64,000 nt of DNA from a virus: the IMG/VR virus record IMGVR_UViG_3300025381_000007. One strand, written 5' to 3'. Of the stretch, positions 18,637 to 29,500 are shown piece by piece. The notes below the pieces were generated by a model that ran no database searches, had not been told where the DNA came from, and was given only the letters and a program-made list of their open reading frames with translations. Each line of letters opens with the position of its first letter. Within the stretch, counting starts at the first letter, position 1. The translations under genes were made by a program, and so were the position numbers.

Positions 18637-21600
18637 TTATATTCCCATTGCCACAGCCATTGCTGTAGCAAATGCTGTAATATCTTGTCCATTTTGTTGT
18701 AAACTGCCTGCTACATTCAAGTTACCCTGAATTGTACCACCACTACTACTTATCGCATTGGCAATGCTTACAGAATTAAAGCTGATTACCCCAATCACTG
18801 TGCCATTGCTTGGTATACTACTGAATACAATGCTTGTACCATTGTTGGCAGTATAGGTAGTTGGATACTGTAGTACACCGTTTTGGTAAACTTGTACTGT
18901 TGCTGTATTGTAGTTTGTGGCAAATGTTGTAGTTGTACCATTACTTGTATACTGGTTAAAGATGTAGGCTTGTTGTCCGCTTGGGTTAAATGACTGCTGA
19001 CTAATAACTTGAACAACATCACCAGCATTTCTAGGTGTAGCCAATACAACTGTACTGCCATTGCTGGCTGTAAAGTCACCTGCTACAGAACTCAAACTAA
19101 TACCGTTAACAAATACCTGTATTTGTCCAACTACATAACCGCCACTGATAGCAAATGTTGTGGTATTTGCCGCTGCGGTAAATGTTTGTATGCTGTTTGG
19201 TAATAGTTGTGTGCCACCTGCATAAACACTACCAGCATACAATGCTCCACCGACTCCGACACCACCTGCTACAGTTAGTGCGCCAGTAGTAGTTGAAACA
19301 GAAGCAGTAGTTGCAGACAACACCACAGGCACGCTAAATGTTGCGGTATTGTCGTCCATTACCAACGAATACACCCAGTTTACAGTACTAGTATTGGCAG
19401 GTGCTGTTCTAAATTCATGGCGGCCGTTGCCAAGATGTTGAATGTATAATAAACTCTTTTGTAGGTTAGTGTCTTGGGCCCATGGACCACCATAAACCGC
19501 ATTAGTGGAAAGATTTAAACCATTGCCATCTGACCCAACTCTAGCTGTCGAAGTAGTTGTAGCGTTTACAAATCTTAGTTTTTCCCATATAGCAGAGTTA
19601 ATAACATTAGCGGCTGTTGTAGTTGCAGTACTACCAACAGTAATCGATCCGGTGCTCGGATTGATACTGAAAGTACTGGTTGTGTATTCTGGTAAAGCCT
19701 GTGCTGTTGCAGTGTTTACACTGACAAAGACTGGATAATATGTAGCATTAGTTGCAGTAGCTTGTACCGTCACTCCAGATGCATTACCAGTACCTGTGCT
19801 GACCGCATAACCGTTAACATAGAAGTTTGTAGCAGTTACAACACCATTAAAGTAGCCGCTGCCGTTTACTGCAAGTTTTTCACCAGCAATTGAAGTTGTT
19901 GATGCATATCCAATACCAGTATAACCCAAGAAGGAGTTTGCTGCCAATGCGTCTGCCTGACTAATACCCCAACGGTTAGTGATGCTACCATATGTACTGA
20001 CTGTTGGTGCCCCAAGATACATGCCCCAACTGTTAACTACTGTTACAGTGCTAGCAGACCCGATAGTACCGCCACCACTGCTATAAAAAGCATAACTGTT
20101 GGTGATAACCGACGAAGTGTTGGAAGTCAAGTTGGCAGCAACACCAGTAGCATTTCCGCCAGCCAAAAATTGGTATAGAGCACCAGCACTGCCTTGATTG
20201 ACGATGGCCTGACTATACATACCAACGATAGCACTGGTATATGCTGAAGATGATGTGAGGGATTGATTGCCAGATTGACTGTATATGCCATAGATCGCAT
20301 TAGCAGGTCCTACATCATTTATATTATCTCTAAGTGATTGGTTGATAATACCATACCATGAAACATTTGATGTTGCAGTACTTGAAAGTATTACCGGCTG
20401 ATTCCAGAAACTATAGATAGTTGAATTTCCATTGACATTAAACTGTGGAGCATTCAACAATCCTGCTGTGACTTGCCCAGCAGCAGTGGTATAAGGTGTA
20501 GAATTTTGTAATAGATTAAAAATTTGGCTGGTAGTAGTAATCGCCCCAGTGATATTAACATAAGGTAATGTACTCGGGCCACCATTACTGACAAACTGAC
20601 TAGAAGTTGTAATACCACCAACAAATAATCCGCCACCAATACCCACACCGCCAGCAACTGTTAAAGCACCGGTATTAGTTGATGTCGAAGCAGCAACGCC
20701 ATTAATAGCTGTGGAAGTATTAACTGTTATTGCAGTTCCATTCCACGACATAACAGCTGAACTTGTTGTTCTTGTATTCAAGAATGTAATGTTTGGACTG
20801 CCTACAACAGTATCATCACCTTGTACAATCAAGTTACCGTTACTACCTGCAACTCTTTGTAGCGTTAAACTGTATGCTGTATTTGATGTTGTTGACCCAG
20901 TACCAACATTAGAACCTGCACTGCCAGCAAAATATCCAGAACCAGTGAATGTTACAGCCCCATTACCTGGATTGATTGTAAAACTACTTGTTGTATATTC
21001 AGCTTGACCAGCCGTTGTCGATGTGTTTAATGTATTGACAAAAGTTGGATAATAAAGGGCATTGTTAGTGGTTGCTAATGTAACTACTGTAGATGCAGTG
21101 CTAACAATAGTACTCAATGTACCAATAAATGTACCGTAGAATGTTGTAGCTGTAACAACACCAGTGACATTTATGTTTGCCCCGGACAAGTTGTTTAGTT
21201 TTAAGTTAGCATACGCACCCTGCCAAGCAAAGCCGCTGGTACCAACTGTGGCTACACCTAATCTTAATGTAGTATCAGCAGCATTAGTGTCAGGACCAAA
21301 TGCCCACCAGTTACCACTTGCCCAGTTACCGGTGTATTGTGGGACACCTGCTGCGGTTGAATACTTGCCATTAGCAAATGCATAGGGGTTATTGGCTGAT
21401 CCTAACTGGCTAGCTGCACTACCTATCTGTAAAACACTGCCGCCAGTTACGGCTGCTATTGGACTAGTGATACCACCTAATAAGAAGTTGCCGTTGGTGT
21501 CAATCGCAGCACCTAATGTTGTGCTGTTGATGTTAAAGTTTAATGCACCTGAGCTACCAAATGTTGTAGCAGTTACAACGCCACCTACAAATAGTCCGCC

Positions 21601-24600
21601 ACCAATACCAACACCCCCAGTTACTTGTAAAGCACCGCTTGTGGCTGAGTTTGATGATTGTGTTGATAGAATTCTTACATTACCCACGCCGTTGGTTAAA
21701 ATAACACTACCTGTAGATTGGTTATTAATTCTTACATCAGTATTTGATGTAGTCGAAGCGTTATTAATCCATAGGTTGCCATCACTGATTGAATGAATAT
21801 GGAAATTGCCATCATCAAATATTTGTCCATGTGTGCCAATATATACGCCACCAGGATTTCCACTTGCAACTTGTAATGATCCGCCGACGTTTATAGCACC
21901 AGTGGCCGCGTTGATGTAAAAACTGCTGGTTGTGTATTCACTCTGATAACCAGCAGTGGCGTTATTTGAACTAACAAATACTGGATAGTAACTTGCATTA
22001 CCAGTTTGTGCTACTGTCAATACATTATTAGCGTTTGTAGCAGTACCGGCACTTAACCCACTGACTGCTGTCCAAGTTGCTGTTGTTGCACCTGCGGTCA
22101 ACACATAACCTGCGTTACCTAATGGAATAAATGCGGTTGTACCGGCTGCTGATTGAATTGGAATACTACCAGTAGCACCACTAGCAATGTTTGTAGCAGT
22201 AGTAGCAGTGCCTGTTAAGTTACCAGTAACATTACCAGTAACATTAGCAATCACAGTGGTAGCAGTTACAATACCGTTAACATATACACCACCATTAACG
22301 CTGAATATTTCACCTTTTTGTGTACTAGTATAAGAACCAACACTGCTATAACTTGTAGCAAAATGGTTAGCAGATTTAAGACCAGTTGCAGCAGTTCCAC
22401 CTACTACCCAGTTAGCTACACCATCAAAGTAAAACGATGCATACGCAGTACTTGAACTAGCGCCTATATAAAGACCACTGTTGATTGCTAATAGTGCAGT
22501 TGTACTGCCGGTGCTCAATATAATGGCACTGTCACCGCTACTAATAACATTTTTGTTGACAACAAACTGTGTACCATCAACATACAAATCGCCAGCAATG
22601 TAAGCAGTACCGCCTACATTTAATCCACCGCCAATACCAACCCCACCACTGACTACTAAAGCACCTGAGCTGGTACTGTTGGTAGCTGAAGTTGAATAAA
22701 CTGTTAGGTTACCGCTGGTATCTAACTGCATTCTAGTAACACCAGGAGTAAACCAACGGAACGCACCGCTATAGTTGTCTATTTCCCAGTTTTGTGCAGT
22801 ATTGCCATTAAAGAAACCGGCTCTGGGACTTGGTGTTCCCGAACCTGATATACCAATAAACACACCTGGTTGAGTTGTGCTTTCGTTAAATGCACCAGCA
22901 AACTGTCCGTAACCAGCAGTGATAATGTTGCCGCCTAGACCAATACCACCCGATACAACCAATGCACCAGTTGTAGTTGTTGTAGATAATGCTGTAGAAG
23001 TTATTAATGTTGGTACAGAAATAGTGCTACTTGTTGTATTCAACACCATTAATGAAGTAAATCCGCTAGTGGCTCGGAATATAAACTGTCCGCCTTGGGC
23101 AGCATTGACAGACGAATCAAAGTACATGATACTGCTAACAGTGGACAAATCACGAATTGCCATGTTAGCAGGACCAGAACTAGCTTGCATACCTAAAGCA
23201 ATGTTGTTATAAGCACCATTGCCTGCTAGGAATGCTGTACCACCAGTACCGTTGACTGCACCTGTTACAGTGCCGCCAATACTGATATTACCGGTAGCCG
23301 CATTAATACTAAAACTACTTGTTGTATATTCGCTTTGATAAGCAGCAGTGGCATTGTTGGCACTGACAAATGTTGGATAATAAGTTGTATTAGCAGGCTG
23401 TGCGGCTGTTAGAATGTTATTGGCATTTGTAGCAGTACCGGCACTTAAACCGCTAACTGCGGTCCATGTAGCAGTAGTTGCACCTGCTGTTAACACATAA
23501 CCTGCATTACCTAACGGAATGTATGCAGTTGTACCAGCAGCCGATTGGATTGGAATACTGCCAGTAGCACCGCCAGAAATATTATTTGCCGTTACAGCCA
23601 ATGCCATTAATGTTGCTGTATTCAATGTCAATGTGACATTGGTACTTCCATTGAACGAACTACCTAGAATACCTGTACCTGTTGACAGTGTACCTATCGT
23701 TGAATAAGCAGTAGCAGCATTAGTAGCAGTAGATGCAGTTACAGCATTAGCGACTAGAGTTGCTGTGTTAAATGCTAGGGCATAGGTAGCAGTTGTGGCC
23801 CAAGTAGAAGTAAATGCAGTTACCGCATTGGCAACCAATGTTGCTGTGTTAAAACTTTGTGCAAATGTAGCAGTAGTTGCCAAACCAACCATAATGGTTG
23901 CTGTGTTTGAAGCATAAACATTACCATAGAAGTTTGTAGCAGTTACCGTTCCACCAACAAATACACCACCAGCAATGCCAACACCACCTGCTACTTGTAA
24001 AGCACCAGTGTTAGTTGAACTAGCAGCGGTAGTTCCATTAATAATATGATTTGTACTAGTTAATGATCCAGTAACAGTTAATCCACCGTTAATACTAACA
24101 ATGCCTGTGCTTGGGTTAATACTAAAACTACTAGTTGTATATTCGCTTTGATAAGCAGCAGTGGCATTGTTTGTGCTAACTAAAGTTGGATAATAGTCGG
24201 CGTTGGCTGTTTGTGCCGCTGTTAAAATGTTATTAGCATTGGTTGCAGTACCAGCAGTTAAACTACCCAATGCTTGCCATGTAGCAGTGGTTGAACCAGC
24301 AGTTAATACATATCCACTAGAACCTAATGGGATATATGCAGTTGTACCAGCCGCTGACTGAATTGGAATGCTACCTTGAGCACCACCAGTAATATTGTTT
24401 GCGTTTGTAGCTGTTACGGCATTGACAGCATTGGCAACTAAAGTTGCTGTATTAAATGCCTGTGCGTAAGTAGCAGTTGTAGCCCATGTAGCAGTAAATG
24501 CAGTCACAGCATTAGCAACTAGTGTTGCTGTATTAAATGCTAGAGCATAGGTAGCAGTTGTAGCCCAAGTAGCGGTATAAGCATTAACAGCGTTGGCAAC

Positions 24601-26145
24601 TAAAGTTGCTGTGTTAAAACTTTGTGCGTAGGTAGCAGTTACAGCCAATGCCATTAATGTTGCTGTATTCAATGTCAATGTGACATTGGTACTTCCATTA
24701 AATGAACTACCTAAAATACCTGTACCAGTCGAAAGCGTACCTATGGTTGAATAGGCAGTAGCAGCGTTAGTAGCAGTAGATGCAGTTACAGCATTGGCAA
24801 CTAGTGTTGCTGTATTGAAACTCTGTGCGTAGGTAGCTGTTGTAGCCAAACCAACCATAATGGTTGCAGTGTTAGTTGCAAAAACATTACCGTAGAAGTT
24901 TGTAGCAGTTACATTACCACCAATATAAGCATTACCAGAAATACCAACGCCACCATACACTACCATTGTACCAGTAGCAGTAGATGTAGCTGGTGTATTT
25001 GGTGTATTCATTACCACAGCGATTGCTGCATTGGTTACTGTAGAAGTTGTTCCATTGGCCAGTACAAATCGCATCTGTGTACCGCTGGTCAATGTACCAA
25101 ATACCAAGTCACCTAAACCTGCTGTGGCATTTTGACCAACCATTAAATAACCGTCGTTTGGTCCTATTGTTGTTCCTAAACTATATAACTGTGTGCCATC
25201 AAAGGTACTGCTGGCAATACCCATGTCAATGTAAGCAGAACTCAACGAAACGTTATCTGCAGATGCAACAATATCAGTTGATGCTTTTGCACCTGGGTTA
25301 ATGTTTTGTACATTAACTTCCATGTAGTTGTTTAGGTTACCGGATGCTTGGAACATGGTTTGAGCAAATGGGGTAAAGTTTGTTATACCCGCGTACAATG
25401 CTCCACTGCCTGTCGCATCACCGTAGAATGTACCACTATTAGCAACCAGCGTATTCAACAAAACATTGGTTCCTGTAATAATACCTGTAACATATAAGTT
25501 ACCAGTTAAGTAACCGTCCCCGTTAATATTAAAACCGTTGTTACCACCGATGCCACCAGCAACATATAAGGCATTGGAACTATAAGAACTTGTACTACTT
25601 TGAGTGCTGGTTACGATTAATGTTGCTACTTGATTAGTAAAACTTGGGCCGCTTGTTCCATTGCTAACCAACAATGTTCCAGCAGTACCTGGTCCGGTGA
25701 AGGCAGTTGAACCAACAGCAGATTGATAAGGTACTTGACCAGCGGTACCGCCTGCTAGATTAGTAGCAGTTGTAGCACTGCCTGCACTTAAACCACTGAT
25801 AGCAGTCCAAGTGGCTGTATTTGACCCAGCAGTTAGCACATATCCGTTAGTGCCTAGAGGAATAAATGCAGTTGTGCCAGCAGCACTTTGAATAGGGATG
25901 CTACCAGTAGCACCACTAGCAATGTTTGTAGCAGTAGTAGCAGTACCGGTTAAGTTACCAACATGCAGGGTAGCAGTAACAGTGCCACCGACAAATAGTC
26001 CTCCTGCAATACCTGCTCCGCCCGCAACTTGTAAGGCGCCTGAATTAGTACTAGTTGTTGCTAATGTAGATAATATTGTAGCCGTATTTTCGACCACAAT
26101 ACCTTTTCTGACTCTGAAGTCAGCGGTTTGTGCTGTTATTGCCAT
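18637..26145 (-). CDS. Very long Thr/Ala/Gly-rich tail fibre-like protein (2502 aa) with internal repeats
   Basis: Continuous ORF; repeated STxTGALxVAGGVGIGG, GSIPIQSAAGTTAxIPLG, ATTATYAxxFNTATLVANAV and YYPTFVS...EYTTSSFSINP modules. Confidence 0.8.
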   Translation of the reverse strand: MAITAQTADFRVRKGIVVENTATILSTLATTSTNSGALQVAGGAGIAGGLFVGGTVTATLHVGNLTGTATTATNIASGATGSIPIQSAAGTTAFIPLGTNGYVLTAGSNTATWTAISGLSAGSATTATNLAGGTAGQVPYQSAVGSTAFTGPGTAGTLLVSNGTSGPSFTNQVATLIVTSTQSSTSSYSSNALYVAGGIGGNNGFNINGDGYLTGNLYVTGIITGTNVLLNTLVANSGTFYGDATGSGALYAGITNFTPFAQTMFQASGNLNNYMEVNVQNINPGAKASTDIVASADNVSLSSAYIDMGIASSTFDGTQLYSLGTTIGPNDGYLMVGQNATAGLGDLVFGTLTSGTQMRFVLANGTTSTVTNAAIAVVMNTPNTPATSTATGTMVVYGGVGISGNAYIGGNVTATNFYGNVFATNTATIMVGLATTATYAQSFNTATLVANAVTASTATNAATAYSTIGTLSTGTGILGSSFNGSTNVTLTLNTATLMALAVTATYAQSFNTATLVANAVNAYTATWATTATYALAFNTATLVANAVTAFTATWATTATYAQAFNTATLVANAVNAVTATNANNITGGAQGSIPIQSAAGTTAYIPLGSSGYVLTAGSTTATWQALGSLTAGTATNANNILTAAQTANADYYPTLVSTNNATAAYQSEYTTSSFSINPSTGIVSINGGLTVTGSLTSTNHIINGTTAASSTNTGALQVAGGVGIAGGVFVGGTVTATNFYGNVYASNTATIMVGLATTATFAQSFNTATLVANAVTAFTSTWATTATYALAFNTATLVANAVTASTATNAATAYSTIGTLSTGTGILGSSFNGSTNVTLTLNTATLMALAVTANNISGGATGSIPIQSAAGTTAYIPLGNAGYVLTAGATTATWTAVSGLSAGTATNANNILTAAQPANTTYYPTFVSANNATAAYQSEYTTSSFSINAATGNISIGGTVTGAVNGTGGTAFLAGNGAYNNIALGMQASSGPANMAIRDLSTVSSIMYFDSSVNAAQGGQFIFRATSGFTSLMVLNTTSSTISVPTLITSTALSTTTTTGALVVSGGIGLGGNIITAGYGQFAGAFNESTTQPGVFIGISGSGTPSPRAGFFNGNTAQNWEIDNYSGAFRWFTPGVTRMQLDTSGNLTVYSTSATNSTSSGALVVSGGVGIGGGLNVGGTAYIAGDLYVDGTQFVVNKNVISSGDSAIILSTGSTTALLAINSGLYIGASSSTAYASFYFDGVANWVVGGTAATGLKSANHFATSYSSVGSYTSTQKGEIFSVNGGVYVNGIVTATTVIANVTGNVTGNLTGTATTATNIASGATGSIPIQSAAGTTAFIPLGNAGYVLTAGATTATWTAVSGLSAGTATNANNVLTVAQTGNASYYPVFVSSNNATAGYQSEYTTSSFYINAATGAINVGGSLQVASGNPGGVYIGTHGQIFDDGNFHIHSISDGNLWINNASTTSNTDVRINNQSTGSVILTNGVGNVRILSTQSSNSATSGALQVTGGVGIGGGLFVGGVVTATTFGSSGALNFNINSTTLGAAIDTNGNFLLGGITSPIAAVTGGSVLQIGSAASQLGSANNPYAFANGKYSTAAGVPQYTGNWASGNWWAFGPDTNAADTTLRLGVATVGTSGFAWQGAYANLKLNNLSGANINVTGVVTATTFYGTFIGTLSTIVSTASTVVTLATTNNALYYPTFVNTLNTSTTAGQAEYTTSSFTINPGNGAVTFTGSGYFAGSAGSNVGTGSTTSNTAYSLTLQRVAGSNGNLIVQGDDTVVGSPNITFLNTRTTSSAVMSWNGTAITVNTSTAINGVAASTSTNTGALTVAGGVGIGGGLFVGGITTSSQFVSNGGPSTLPYVNITGAITTTSQIFNLLQNSTPYTTAAGQVTAGLLNAPQFNVNGNSTIYSFWNQPVILSSTATSNVSWYGIINQSLRDNINDVGPANAIYGIYSQSGNQSLTSSSAYTSAIVGMYSQAIVNQGSAGALYQFLAGGNATGVAANLTSNTSSVITNSYAFYSSGGGTIGSASTVTVVNSWGMYLGAPTVSTYGSITNRWGISQADALAANSFLGYTGIGYASTTSIAGEKLAVNGSGYFNGVVTATNFYVNGYAVSTGTGNASGVTVQATATNATYYPVFVSVNTATAQALPEYTTSTFSINPSTGSITVGSTATTTAANVINSAIWEKLRFVNATTTSTARVGSDGNGLNLSTNAVYGGPWAQDTNLQKSLLYIQHLGNGRHEFRTAPANTSTVNWVYSLVMDDNTATFSVPVVLSATTASVSTTTGALTVAGGVGVGGALYAGSVYAGGTQLLPNSIQTFTAAANTTTFAISGGYVVGQIQVFVNGISLSSVAGDFTASNGSTVVLATPRNAGDVVQVISQQSFNPSGQQAYIFNQYTSNGTTTTFATNYNTATVQVYQNGVLQYPTTYTANNGTSIVFSSIPSNGTVIGVISFNSVSIANAISSSGGTIQGNLNVAGSLQQNGQDITAFATAMAVAMGI
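23594..24804. repeat. Direct repeat pair of ~164 nt (23594-23757 and 24641-24804) inside the 2502-aa gene
   Basis: Both copies encode the same peptide (ANAVTASTATNAATAYSTIGTLSTGTGILGSSFNGSTNVTLTLNTATLMALAV); the first ~59 nt are identical and the rest differs at synonymous positions. Confidence 0.9.
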
Positions 26146-26189
26146 TTATTCGCTTCCCTTTCCACGTGTAACGGCGGTTACTGATATGT

Positions 26190-26197
26190 TATTTATA
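26190..26197 (-). promoter_or_regulatory. Late promoter TATAAATA (exact T4 consensus)
   Basis: Upstream of the 2502-aa gene; a second TAAATA lies at 26227-26232. Confidence 0.65.
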
Positions 26198-26229
26198 TGT
26201 TTTGGAAATTAAGGGTTAGGTACTGCTAT

Positions 26230-26545
26230 TTAGGCCGTAGTTGATGTAGTAAAACTGATTATACCTGTGCCAGAAGTAAACACATAAATGTAGTTTCCAG
26301 ATGTATTTGTAAATGAATAGTTTAGTGTTCCTGGTATAGACATAACAGCATATGTATTGGGATAACTTACTATAACCACACCTGATCCGCCATTGCCGCC
26401 GTTAGTAGCTCCCTGGCTTTGATTCTCGCCGCCGCCAGCAACTACTAAAATCTGTACTGTATTAGTAGTTAAAAAATATGTAGTTACAGGTATATGTGAT
26501 TAATGTCACTGCTCCATTAAACGATAACCCGCCACTAATATTCAT
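26230..26545 (-). pseudogene. Frameshifted, shortened glycine-rich-domain gene
   Basis: ATG 26545 gives MNISGGLSFNGAVTLITYTCNYIFFNY*; the +1 frame continues LTTNTVQILVVAGGGENQSQGATNGGNGGSGVVIVSYPNTY...GNYIYVFTSGTGIISFTTSTTA*. The span is 316 nt (3n+1). Confidence 0.7.
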
Positions 26546-26547
26546 TA

Positions 26548-29500
26548 TTAAATCGCAATCGCAGTACGCTGTAGTTTAATAACCATTGAACTTGGGCTAG
26601 TTGGTGTAAACTTCAATACGACATTTGTACCAGAATAAGCTGCATCAAATGTTCCTAGTTCACCGTTATTAGTCATAACCGCATATTCTGTCATGTAAAC
26701 ATTAGTGCCACCATCTTGGAACAACATGATTTTCTCAACATGGATATTTGGCAAATCGGTGATTTGAACTGTGTACTCTGCACTTCTGTAACTGCTTGTA
26801 CTAAATGTATCCAAATATTGAGTTACGCCAGATTGTCCGCTTGATATTGTTGCGCTTACATAACTAGATTCTAAGTAAGCATTACCAGCAAATGCAGATA
26901 CAGTTGTACCAACAGTACCAGTATTACCACCGTAAACTACACCGCCAACGACGACATTACCACCGACTCCAACACCACCGGTAACTTGTAGTGCGCCTGT
27001 TGTAGGACTTGTACTATTTGTAGTAGAAGTCATGTAAACAGTATTAGTAAATGTACTAATACCATTGACTGTTAGGTTACTGGTAATAGTTGCTGTTGTA
27101 GCAGTAAAGTTACCAGCACTAGCATTACCTAAATTGATTGGGCTATTTAATGTTAATGTGCCGTCAATAGTTGTAGGACCGTGTACTGTTAAACTTGTAG
27201 CAGTCACTACAGTAGCAGTAACACCTTGTAGGAAAGATTCACCATTGACCGTTAAGTTGCTGACAATAGTTGCTGTTGTAGCAGTAAAGTTTGTAGCAGT
27301 AGTTGAACCTAGTGTTGTTTGACCTGTAACAGATAAAGTAGTTGCTGTAACAAGTCCGGCTGTAACACCTTGTAAAATACTTTCTCCGCCAACTGTTAAG
27401 TTATTAACAACTGTTGCGGTGGTAGCGGTAAAGTTTGTAGCAGTTGCAGAACCAAGTATTGTTTGTCCAGTAACTGTTAAGTTACCATTTACTGTTTCAT
27501 TGCCATTTACTGTTACACTTGTTGCTGTAAATGCAGTAGCAGTAACCCCTGCTAATGTACTTTGACCAACAACATTTAATGTGGTATTAATAACAGCGGA
27601 AGTAGCTGTTAATATTGTAGCAGTAACACCTGCTAATGTACTTTGACCACTAACATTTAATGTAGTAGATGTTAAGTTAGTGGCAGTTACTGCACCACCA
27701 ACAAACAATCCGCCACTAATACCAACACCACCAGCTACTGTTAATGCGCCTGTATTGGTACTAGATACACTGGTATTTGCAGCATAGAAACTAGCAACAA
27801 TGTTGCTGGCCAATGTGCCGCCAGTATGGATATAAACATATTTGTTAGCAGCATCTGTACCTAGTGTTAAGTTACCGCCATCAACATACAAGTAACCGTC
27901 ATTGGCACCGCTAATGGTCCAAGTAGCAGTGGAGAATCCACTGTTATTGATACCCATGTCAATGTAGTTAGACGAGTCAGTACCGTTATTTGCAGTTGCA
28001 ATAAAATCACTACTTGCTTGATTACCAGTACTGGTGTTTTGAATCTGTATTTGTGTATAGCCATTGACATTATTTGTCAATACCATTAATGGATTAGCTA
28101 GGCCAATAGTACTTTGTGTAGGTCCGCCGTAGAATACGCCGCCTACATACATATTTTGAGCAACACCAACACCACCAGCTACTTGTAAAGCGCCAGTATT
28201 AGTTGAGCTTGCACCAGCTGTTCCAATAACACTGATGTTTGTAGCGGTCAAGGTCTGACCAATAATCGCACTATTAGTTACATTTAGAGCTGTATTAGTG
28301 CCGGTTATTGCTACGTTAACAAATGTACCAGTAGTACCACTGATTGTATCTAAACCAACACCTTTTAAGAAAATGCTGCCGTTAACATTAACGTTACCAC
28401 CAACCCACAAGTCTTGGCTAATACCGGCACCACCAGTTACCATCAAGGAACCACTTGCGCCAGTTGCCGCAGTAGCATTGTTGCCGCCACCTATAGCAAT
28501 GTTAGTTGTAGTGAATAAACCTTGTGTACCACCATATCCGGTTGGATTGAATTCTAAACTGGTACTAAATGCGGTTTGACCTGGTGCAGATTGGTATGGA
28601 ATCTCATAAGCCAACCCTGCTTGAATATTTGTAGCAGTAGTTGCATTACCTGCTGTCAATCCAGAAATAGATGTCCAGGTCGGTATGCCACCAGCCATTT
28701 CCAAAATAGTGCCATTGGTGCCAGTTGCAATAAATCCAGTTTGACTTGCACCTGTTTGATATACTAGCTGGCCGACTGCACCCCCGTAGATATTACCAGG
28801 AGCACCTGCTTGTCCTAAAATAGCATTAATGTTTGTTGCGGTAATGGCGCCGGCAGCATATACACCACCTGCAACACCTAGACCACCTGCAACTTGTAAA
28901 GCACCTGTATTAGTTGAACTTACACTTGCAGTAGAGTTAACTTTAACACCACCACTAGATACCCAGTTTGCAACTCCATCATAAGTTAAACTAATATAAG
29001 CAGTTGACGAACTTTGACCAATATATAAACCAGCACCGTTGGCTAATATGGCACTTGTGCTACCTGTACTTAAAACAAGAGCATTATCGCCTGAGCTAAT
29101 GGTATTTTTGTTAACAACAAACTGTGTACCATCAACATACAAATCACCAGCAACATAGGCTGTGCCGCCAACATATAATGCACCACTAATGCCAGCGCCG
29201 CCAGTAACTTGTAAAGCACCAGAACCATTGGCAGCACCAGTTGCCGCACTATTAGAGTTAGCAATCAAATTGCCAGATACTGTAGCAGCACCAGATACTG
29301 TTAATGTTGTAGCTGTTACAGATGTAGCAGTAACACCTTGTAATGTACTTTGACCTGTAACAACAAGGCTTGTTGCTGTCACTAAACCAGCGGTAACACC
29401 TTGTAAAATACTTTCGCCAGTTGCATAAAAAGTTGTAACAGTAGTGATTGCAGCATTTAATGCACCTAGTGTACTTTGACCTGTTACATTTAATGTGCTT

